DNA from: Alphaproteobacteria bacterium
GTDB lineage: Bacteria; Pseudomonadota; Alphaproteobacteria; Bin95
Direction of reading: 5' to 3'
DNA: 64,000 nt
Assembly: GCA_963665325.3 (NCBI GenBank)
Contig: CAXXWS020000003.1
Location: forward strand, 192,001 to 256,000
Shown: positions 47,356-54,629 of the stretch, in pieces
How positions within the stretch are numbered: position 1 is the stretch's first letter
How the letters are laid out: the number at the start of each line of letters is the position of its first letter
Program-made: the position numbers and the translations under genes
The notes under the pieces: generated by a model
Seen by the model: the letters and a program-made list of their open reading frames with translations, nothing else
Databases searched by the model: none
What the model was told of the DNA's origin: nothing

Positions 47356-48573
47356 CTACCCGATCGCGGTCCGGGTTCCGGTCTCGAACTCGATGGCGGC
47401 CAGGTCGTCGCCGGCGATGGCGCGCTCGAAGGCGGCGAGGCGCTTGTAGATCGACATCAGCTCCACGATCGTCGTCCAGCTGTTGACCAGGAACTGGAAC
47501 GAGTTCTCCACCCGGCCGAAGGCGCGGACGATCTGCTGCATCACGCCGAGCGAGAACCCGGCCGAGATGATGGTCGGCCCGAGCACCACATAGGGCAGCA
47601 TCACGCCGGCCTGCAGATAGCCGTAGCGCACGACATTGAAATAGAGGTAGTTGAGGTAGAGGCGGAAATAGTTGCGCCGGACATCGGCGAACAGCTCGCC
47701 GAGGGTCGGCGGCTCGGCCCGGTCCTCCCGGTCCTCGCCCATGACGAGCTCCTTGCGGAAGGCGGCCTCGACGCGCTGGTTGCGGAACTCGAGCCCCGGC
47801 AGGCGGTAGCCGGCAAGCGCCAGGATGCCGGTGCCGAATACCGACCAGAAGAGCGCGACCCAGACCAGCGCCTGGCCGACTTCGCCGAAGACGGGGATCT
47901 CCTTGATATGGACCGACAGCACCCAGAGGATCGGCAGGAAGGCGATCAGAGTCATGACCGCGTCGATGAGGCGGGTGCCGAGCGATTCCATGATGCCGGC
48001 GAAGCGCATGGCGTCTTCCTGCACCCGCTGCGAGGCGCCCTCGATATGCCGTACCTGCGGCCAGAGCCGGACATAGCGGTCGTTGATCGCGGTGCGCCAG
48101 CGGAAGACGAAATGGCTGGTGAAGAAGTGGTTGAGCACGGCTGTGGTGATGAACACCATGGCGATGGTGAGGAAGGTGGCGAGCTGCGCGTAATAGTCCC
48201 CGGCCGTGACCGCGCCCGGCTCCGCCAGCGCCTTCTGGATGATGTCGTAGAAGGTCCTGAACCACTCGTTGATCATCACGTCGAGCTGCACCTGGAACCA
48301 GGTGACGAAGACGATCAGCGCCGAGCCCGCCACCGACCAGCGCGACCACGGGTGCGGCCGGAACGCCATCCAGAACACGGCGAAGGCGGCATAGGCGAGG
48401 AAGGAATAGACATAGACCCAGACGGCCCTCTCGTCCGCGCCGACCAGGCCCGAAAGCCCGGTCGGGTCGCCCCAGTCCCCGGCAACGAAATACCAGAAGA
48501 GCAGCGCGGCGAACGCCCACGCCACCGCCGAGATGCCGAACGCGCGCGGGCTCGGGAAGAAACAGCCGAACAT
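47356..48573 (-). CDS. sbmA: SbmA/BacA-family peptide transporter
   Basis: FFPSPR start; HFVFRWRTA, IEGASQRVQED, NQRVEAAFRKELV and ELMSIYKRL. Confidence 0.92.
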   Translation of the reverse strand: MFGCFFPSPRAFGISAVAWAFAALLFWYFVAGDWGDPTGLSGLVGADERAVWVYVYSFLAYAAFAVFWMAFRPHPWSRWSVAGSALIVFVTWFQVQLDVMINEWFRTFYDIIQKALAEPGAVTAGDYYAQLATFLTIAMVFITTAVLNHFFTSHFVFRWRTAINDRYVRLWPQVRHIEGASQRVQEDAMRFAGIMESLGTRLIDAVMTLIAFLPILWVLSVHIKEIPVFGEVGQALVWVALFWSVFGTGILALAGYRLPGLEFRNQRVEAAFRKELVMGEDREDRAEPPTLGELFADVRRNYFRLYLNYLYFNVVRYGYLQAGVMLPYVVLGPTIISAGFSLGVMQQIVRAFGRVENSFQFLVNSWTTIVELMSIYKRLAAFERAIAGDDLAAIEFETGTRTAIG

Positions 48574-48698
48574 GGGGAAACCCTTTCGCCGGAATAGCCG
48601 GCCCCGGCAGGCGCAGACGCGCCCCGGTCCGGCGGCTGGAACGATGCCCGGCGGCTATAGCAAATTCGGCGGGTGGGCGGACCATAGGGATGCGGAAA

Positions 48699-48735
48699 GT
48701 GTAGCTTGACGCTATACACCCGCCATGGATAGCAT
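48699..48735 (+). promoter_or_regulatory. higBA promoter with palindromic operator
   Basis: GTGTAGC-TTGAC-GCTATAC palindrome over a TTGACG -35; TAGCAT -10 ends 5 nt before the ATG. Confidence 0.55.
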
Positions 48736-48740
48736 CGGGC

Positions 48741-49031
48741 ATGAAGATCGCGAACGTGGTCCACAGGGGGCTGCGCCGGCTCATCCAGAACGACGACACC
48801 GCCGGCGTGCAGCCTGCCGTCGCGCCGAAACTTCGGCGAATGGTATCCTTCCTCCAGGACATGGAACGGGAGGAAGAACTGCGGACGGTGCCGGGCTGGA
48901 AGGCGCACCGGCTAACAGGCGACCGCAGGGGCGTCTGGAGCCTGTCAGTCACCGGGAACTGGCGGCTTACATTCCGGATCGACCGGGAAGCGGGCGAAAT
49001 CGTCGATCTCGACTATGAGGACTACCATTGA
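48741..49031 (+). CDS. higB: HigB (RelE/ParE-family) toxin
   Basis: HRGLRRL...HRLTGDRRGVWSLSVTGNWRLTF...LDYEDYH. Confidence 0.92.
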   Translation: MKIANVVHRGLRRLIQNDDTAGVQPAVAPKLRRMVSFLQDMEREEELRTVPGWKAHRLTGDRRGVWSLSVTGNWRLTFRIDREAGEIVDLDYEDYH

Positions 49032-49040
49032 GAGGCAGGT

Positions 49041-49343
49041 ATGGCTGAGGCACAAGGCATCCGCATGAAGAATCCCGCCCACCCCGGCGGGTTCGTGAAA
49101 AGCGAGGTCGTGGAGGCCCTAGGGCTCTCGGTGACGGGGGCGGCCAGGGCGCTCGGCGTGACGCGGGCCGCACTGTCCGCCGTACTGAACGAGCGCGCGC
49201 GCCTGTCGCCGGAGATGGCGCTGCGCATCGAAAAGGCGTTCGGCATATCGATGGACACGCTCATGCGGATGCAGAACAGCCACGATATCGCCCAGACCCG
49301 CATGCGGGCGGAAGAGATCGAGGTCGCTCTCTTCGAGATTTGA
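49041..49343 (+). CDS. higA: HigA antitoxin (HTH-XRE)
   Basis: MKNPAHPG...LSVTGAARALGVTRAALS...LSPEMALRIEKAFG. Confidence 0.92.
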   Translation: MAEAQGIRMKNPAHPGGFVKSEVVEALGLSVTGAARALGVTRAALSAVLNERARLSPEMALRIEKAFGISMDTLMRMQNSHDIAQTRMRAEEIEVALFEI

Positions 49344-49380
49344 GCCGCGGCGTCCGAACCGGCGCCGAACGGCGCGTCAA

Positions 49381-49500
49381 CTGGACCCCGCCATCGCCGC
49401 CAGGGCCCTCGTGCACGGGATGACTGTCGTTACGCGAAACTGCGCCGATTTCAAGACGGCAGGCGTCGAACTCCTCGATCCCTGGGCCCATAGACGGTAG
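49381..49500 (+). pseudogene. VapC/PIN toxin C-terminal remnant
   Basis: Translates LDPAIAARALVHGMTVVTRNCADFKTAGVELLDPW; no N-terminus. Confidence 0.75.
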
Positions 49501-49605
49501 ATGGCAGCCGCCCGGTTCGGGCCATAGCTCCGGCCCGTGGGGCTGGCTTTGATAACAGCAGACTCCTCACACAAGCACACATTTTTATGTGATCGTGTAT
49601 CATAT

Positions 49606-50403
49606 TCAGTTACCTTCTCGCCGTTTGCGCAACAATTTTCTCGATGGCCTCAGAATCCTCCTTTCTGCCAATCGAAGGATTTTTCCATGAAGATTAACCG
49701 TTGCGGCCAAACCAGCATCGCTGTACTGTTTCCTGTGTGTACATTTCCCTGCGTACAAGATTTCAAATGTATCAGATATGTCGATCCACTTTCTATCGAA
49801 GAGCCTGTGATGAGTGGCACATAGAAGCATGCCGTTTCTTGGTGAGATACGGAGTAATTCATCTGACTCAGTCCAAGGAATAATATGTGCTGCCTCCAAG
49901 GCTTCTTCAAAACTAAGACTGCATACAGCGCATCGACAACCGTATGCACTCAATAGTGCTTTTCGAAAAACGATCTGTGCAATTCCACGAACTTTTACTT
50001 TCCTATAAATTTCATCGGCTCGTTTTGGATTCTCAACAAGCTCTATTGCCAGCGTCTCTATAGTATCGTGTCTACTCAAAGCACCGAAGGGATTCTCCAA
50101 ATTCTTCCAAGTGAAGCGATAAACTTTCTCATGCGCCTACCCGATCCTAGCTCTGTCATAAACATTAAATCCCTGACCAGGCTTTCTTGTCCACTTATTG
50201 ACTACTATCGAGGTTAGTGGAGGCAGATGGTTGTTCTTGCAATAGTACAAAATTGGACCAAGTCCTTTTCCAACATTTCGATTATTTGTATCAATCAGAG
50301 GAGCTAAATCCTCATAGTGCAAGGTCTGCCTCTTCTCGGATGCCTTGACGAGGGCGGGCCATAGCAACCTTGCCGCATATTCCCAGTTCTTTGCCACAGT
50401 CAT
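49606..50403 (-). pseudogene. HNH endonuclease with one in-frame TAG at 50137-50139
   Basis: ATG at 50403 with GGAG RBS; frame continues ARIG*AHEKVYRFTW into FRKALLSAYG.CAVC..LEAAHIIPW..NGMLLCATHH; AT-rich. Confidence 0.8.
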
Positions 50404-50636
50404 ACTCCACAGGTCTTGAGCTATTTCGCGCTGAAGTCCCGGTACCATACAATGATACAACTCAATCTTGTCTGTAAACCCCAGGTGAATCTCGTTGGGA
50501 ATTCAGCCGTTGGCCATTCCCTAGCCCCTTCCACAGCTTCGAGTTGTCAGCTAAGCCGCCGACAGATCGCTCAAGACTTTGCCGACCTCTGCCCGGTGCC
50601 GTCTTGACGTACATTCAGGCGAAGGGAGGCGGTATC

Positions 50637-50843
50637 ATGGCTCGGGCGAACACAGCAGGAAGCGGGCGCATCGACCTGCGGCTCAGCGAAGCGGCGAAGC
50701 GGCGTATCGACAGGCGCGAAACCCTGGTGCTCGTCCGCGAGGACGCGAGGCGCTTCTTCAAGGCCCTCGCCGCTCCGCCGCCGCCAAACGACCGGCTCCG
50801 CGCCGCTCTCGAAGAACATGCCCGGCGCGTCGACTCCCGTTGA
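50637..50843 (+). pseudogene. DUF1778 (TacA-like) antitoxin with internal deletion
   Basis: RIDLRLSEAAKRRIDR joined directly to ETLVL..EDARRFFKALAAPPPPNDRLRAA; the usual middle helix is absent. Confidence 0.7.
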
Positions 50844-50989
50844 CCGAAGCGCATGCGCCGACCGTCGAGCCGCCCGCGAAACGGCACGACCGGACGGCCT
50901 TTTCCTGCGGCCTGCCCCAACCGGACCGCTACCTTGCGCAGCAGCCGGCCAGGGCCCGGAATCGGGTCCGGGGCGGCGGATGGGCATGA
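50840..50989 (+). pseudogene. GNAT (TacT/AtaT-like) toxin N-terminal remnant
   Basis: VEPPAKRHDRTAFSCGLPQPDRYLAQQ; TTGA overlap with the antitoxin; truncated. Confidence 0.7.
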
Positions 50990-51315
50990 GCGCAGAAATC
51001 GATATTTATTCCTGACAAATCAATCTCATGGCAGGTGAATACGGAAATTTGTGCCCGAAGGGCTTGCAATCCGGTGTAGTGATAGTAGAATAAAACACGA
51101 ACACACTGGGAAGTGGCATCCGTAGCCGCTTCCCGTCACGCCGGCGCCGGCGCAAAAAACCACCGACGGGACCGACGGGAGACGTGCGCCCTGCGACCGG
51201 CTCGCGCGCGGGTGCTCGCAGGCGCAATCAGGCGTGCGAACCGCGCCGGCGCGCCACGCGCGTCCGCCCGCCCGCGATACGCGCGGATCAGGGTCCCGCC
51301 GCGCCGGGGAACCGG

Positions 51316-51486
51316 GCGGCGCCGCTATCTGCAATGTTCGCCGCGTTCGGCGCGGCGGCGCCGCTATCTGCAATGTTCGCCGCGTTCGGCGCGGCGGCGG
51401 CGCCATCTGCAATGTTCGCTGCGTTCGGCGCGGCGGCGCCAACGCCGCCATTCGAAATGGTCGCCGCGCTCAGCGCGGCGGCGGCG
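51316..51486. repeat. 39-bp tandem repeat, 3 copies plus 1 degenerate copy
   Basis: ATCTGCAATGTTCGC[C/T]GCGTTCGGCGCGGCGGC at 51327, 51366 and 51405; degenerate copy at 51450. Confidence 0.85.
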
Positions 51487-51625
51487 AGAACGGAACGAAG
51501 ACGGATCGAGAGGAGGGGCCGATGCCGAAAACCGGAAGCCTGGAAAACCGGATGGAATGTCCGGCCCGAAACAGTGGCCGCATGCCCGAATCGGCTGCCG
51601 GATATGAGCCGTTCGCATGGCCGGC

Positions 51626-51684
51626 CATGACAAATCATGACATCGCACGACCCCCTCATGAGAAAACATGACATTTCATGACAT
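51626..51684. repeat. Paired CATGACA-N3-CATGACA direct-repeat boxes
   Basis: CATGACAAATCATGACAT at 51626 and CATGACATTTCATGACAT at 51667. Confidence 0.7.
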
Positions 51685-51824
51685 ATCCGAAGGGTCTTCC
51701 CGGATACGGGCCGGACCGGGATGCGCGCATTCGCCGGCCGGCATGCCCCTGCGCAAATGCAAGCAGCCGGCGGGAGGGGGGCCCGCCGGCTGCGCTGCCA
51801 GTCAACGGTGGGAGGAAACCGTTG

Positions 51825-52007
51825 CTAGCAGGGTATGCCCGGCAGGAGGCAGGCATGCGCCGGCTCCGGGCTGCCGGTGAGCACGATCATCGCGACCGCC
51901 GCGATGGCCAGCGCCAGCCCTGCCGTGGCGAGGACCCGGCGTCCCTGCCCGTTTCCGCCGTTCCGGACGCATGGCCACTCGACGCCTGTCCATTTGCGAA
52001 TGCTCAT
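51825..52007 (-). CDS. Putative 60-aa precursor: signal peptide + CLLPGIPC
   Basis: GGGGAG RBS before ATG 52007; RR, hydrophobic core, PEPAHA cleavage-like site, then CLLPGIPC and stop. Confidence 0.5.
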   Translation of the reverse strand: MSIRKWTGVEWPCVRNGGNGQGRRVLATAGLALAIAAVAMIVLTGSPEPAHACLLPGIPC

Positions 52008-52294
52008 TTGTCTGCTCCCCGGCTTCGCGCCGTCTTCATCGGAACCTCTCGTCCGGCGTGGCGCAGCGCCGAACCGGACAATTGGAATCTGGTGGCGGCA
52101 CCGAAAAAGCGCCAATACGGTTTTCCTTGGGCGGCTATAGGTTCCGGCCCGCCGGGGACCGTGACGTGGGGAGAAATGCGATGGACCGGGAGCAGGGTAA
52201 GGGCGGCGTCTTCCCGGCGCATAAGGCAGCCCGCGACGCGCCATTATCCAACCCGGACGACGCTGCCTGTTCGCCCCCTTTCGACGAGGCCCTG

Positions 52295-52921
52295 TCAGTT
52301 CCGGATACGCCAAAGCCCGCCCGCCGTCCGGCAGGCGACGACCGGCGGGGCGCCGTGCTGGAGGATGCGGCAGTCGCGGTAGGCGTAGCGCTGGCGGTGG
52401 CCGTGCCGGGGTCCGGCGCGGCCCGGATGCAGGCCGGCCGGGGCGTGGCGTCGCGGCGGCTTCCAGCCGTGGCGGGGCGGCCGGTCCGGGATATGGGCAT
52501 GGGGCGGTCCCCAGCCGTGGCGATGGACGAAGGCCGGGGCGTGGACATGGGGCCGCTTCCATCCGTGGCGATGCCCGTGCCGGTGTTTCGGGACATGGTG
52601 GACATAGGGCGGGGGATGCCGGTGGACCCGGTGTCCGCGCCAGTGCCCGTGCCGGCGCGGCGGCGGGCGGACATGCCCCGGCGGTTGGCGGCGGTGCGCG
52701 TCGATATGCTGCCCGTAGAGGGTGCCCAGCAGCGTGCCGGCGCCGATTGCGACCAGCCGCCCGTTCCCCTTGCCGATCGTCGAGCCGATCAGCCCGCCGG
52801 CAATACCGCCCCAGATCGCGCCGTCGTCTGCCCGGACGGGGCCTGCCGCGAGCGTCGAGGCGAGCGCCATGACAGCCGTCAACGCGATCCCGCCGGCGAA
52901 GCGCAGTTTCCGAATTCGCAT
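52295..52921 (-). CDS. Secreted glycine-zipper protein with His/Pro-rich tail
   Basis: GGAGG RBS; signal peptide ending PVRA; GAIWGGIAGGLIGSTIGKGNGRLVAIGAGTLLG; RHGW repeats; C-terminal CR...ACRTAGGLWR. Confidence 0.75.
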   Translation of the reverse strand: MRIRKLRFAGGIALTAVMALASTLAAGPVRADDGAIWGGIAGGLIGSTIGKGNGRLVAIGAGTLLGTLYGQHIDAHRRQPPGHVRPPPRRHGHWRGHRVHRHPPPYVHHVPKHRHGHRHGWKRPHVHAPAFVHRHGWGPPHAHIPDRPPRHGWKPPRRHAPAGLHPGRAGPRHGHRQRYAYRDCRILQHGAPPVVACRTAGGLWRIRN

Positions 52922-53254
52922 CCTTGCCGTCCTCCGCTTCCGTTGTCGGGCCCCGGCGAACGACGCTCCGGCAAGCCGGAATCCATGCGGCAGCCCGTCG
53001 TAGCCATGATCCGCGAAGCGCCGCCGCCGGGCAATCGACGGACGGTTTCCGCTTGGTGAGGAATTGTAACGATTTGTGTCGGGGCTCGATCTGGGGGAAA
53101 GCATGGCAGAATGCCTGCAGGGAGCGGCTGAGGCCGAAAAAAGCCTCGGCGGGAACGGACAGGGAAGGTGTGCCCGCGCGCCCTTCCCTCTGCGGGGGCG
53201 AGTGCTGTATGTCTCGATGCGTTGCCGCTGGCGAAACGAAAGGAACCGGGCCCC

Positions 53255-53989
53255 ATGCGCCTTGACGGGAAGACTGCGATCGTGACGGGAGCCGGCTCCG
53301 GCATCGGGCGGGCCGTGGCGGAGACGCTGGCCGGGGCGGGCGCGCATGTGGTCGCGACCGATATCGACGAGGCGGCCGTGGCCGAGACCGCGGCCGCGGC
53401 GCGCGAGGCCGGCGGCTCGGCGGAGGCGCGCGCGCTAGACGTCACCGACAAGGCCGCCATCCTGGAGACCGCCGCCTCGCTCGGCGCCGTCGATGTGCTG
53501 GCCAATGTCGCGGGCTGGGACCGGATCATGCCCTTCACCGAGAACACGCCCGAGTTCATCGAGCGCATCGTCGAGCTCAACTATCTGGGCGCGGTGCGCA
53601 TGTGCCACGCACTGCTGCCGGCGATGATCGAGGCGGGCGGCGGCAAGATCGTCTCCGTCTCCTCTGACGCCGGCCGCGTCGGCTCGATGGGCGAGACCGT
53701 CTATGCCGGCGCCAAGGGCGGGATCATCGCCTTTTCCAAGTCGCTCGCCCGCGAGATGGCGCGGAACAACATCAACGTGAACGTGGTCTGCCCCGGCCCC
53801 ACCGACACGCCGCTCTTCCGCGGCCAGCCGGAGCGGATGCAGCAGGCCCTGATCCGCGCCATCCCCTTCCGCCGGGTCGGCACGCCGCAGGACCTCGCCA
53901 ACGCGGTTCTGTTCTTCGCCGGCCCGCTCAGCGACTATGTCACGGGCCAGGTGCTGAGCGTCTCCGGCGGCCTCACCATGGTGGACTGA
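53255..53989 (+). CDS. SDR oxidoreductase (BadH / 2-hydroxycyclohexanecarboxyl-CoA dehydrogenase-like)
   Basis: TGAGSGIG, NVAGWD, SSDAGRVGS, YAGAK, CPGPTDT and SVSGGLTM. Confidence 0.9.
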   Translation: MRLDGKTAIVTGAGSGIGRAVAETLAGAGAHVVATDIDEAAVAETAAAAREAGGSAEARALDVTDKAAILETAASLGAVDVLANVAGWDRIMPFTENTPEFIERIVELNYLGAVRMCHALLPAMIEAGGGKIVSVSSDAGRVGSMGETVYAGAKGGIIAFSKSLAREMARNNINVNVVCPGPTDTPLFRGQPERMQQALIRAIPFRRVGTPQDLANAVLFFAGPLSDYVTGQVLSVSGGLTMVD

Positions 53990-54482
53990 CCGCGTCCTCC
54001 TCCCCGATGAGCGCGGCGGACAGCCGCTCGTCCACGCGGCCGGGATGGTCGGGGTCGGCGGAATCGACATATTCGACGAGGCAGAGCGCGACGGAGACCG
54101 CGCCGCCCGCGCCGTCCTCTCCGTGGAGGATGGCCGGGACCGTGTAGCCGACCTCGCGCGGATAGGCATCGTGCGGCTCCAGCCGTTCGAAGCCCTCGAT
54201 GAGCGGCGTCTCGACCTCGCCGACCAGCACGGCCGGGCCGGTGCGCCGTCCCTCCCGCCGCCCGGCGGCGAGCCAGCGCAGCTCCGCCCCGTCGGCAATC
54301 ATGCGCGCGTCGAAGGCGGCCTCGACCAGCGGCGGGCCGGCCTCGAAGGAGGCGACCCGGACGCCCTCCGCGGTGGTGAACAGCGCCGTGCCGGGGCCGA
54401 GGCCGAGCCGGCGCCAGGCATCGACGGTCCAGGCGAGCGTGGCTTCGTCGGCCCGCGCCCGGTAGAGGCGGACGGCGCTCAC
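53973..54482 (-). CDS. Hypothetical protein resembling CRISPR type III-D Csx19
   Basis: AFDARM..DGAELRWL...AVLVGE and LVEYVD...RVDERL resemble Csx19 motifs as recalled; not verified. Confidence 0.5.
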   Translation of the reverse strand: MSAVRLYRARADEATLAWTVDAWRRLGLGPGTALFTTAEGVRVASFEAGPPLVEAAFDARMIADGAELRWLAAGRREGRRTGPAVLVGEVETPLIEGFERLEPHDAYPREVGYTVPAILHGEDGAGGAVSVALCLVEYVDSADPDHPGRVDERLSAALIGEEDAVSPPW

Positions 54483-54507
54483 GCGGTGGGACTTTGCGGG
54501 AGGCTGC

Positions 54508-54583
54508 TGGTGGGCCCGGCAGGATTCGAACCTGCGACAACGCCGTTATGAGCGGCGGGTTCTGACCGCTGAACTACGGGCCC
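54508..54583 (-). tRNA. tRNA with CAT anticodon, probably tRNA-Ile2 (lysidine-modified)
   Basis: GGGCCCG acceptor stem, CTCATAA anticodon loop, GGTTCGAATCC T-arm and encoded CCA; lacks initiator features. Confidence 0.93.
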
Positions 54584-54629
54584 GCTGCAATATAGCCCGG
54601 ACCGGCCGCCGCAATCGAGGGGCCGCGTC

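Noticed and set aside
50137-50139. Pyrrolysine recoding of the TAG
   Set aside because: No pyl genes in view, TAG is a normal stop in neighbouring genes, and a nonsense mutation is simpler
51316-51486. Possible CRISPR array
   Set aside because: Units are contiguous with no unique spacers
54508-54530. tRNA 3' end as the att site of an integrated island
   Set aside because: No duplicate of the tRNA end and no tyrosine or serine integrase seen in the window by eye
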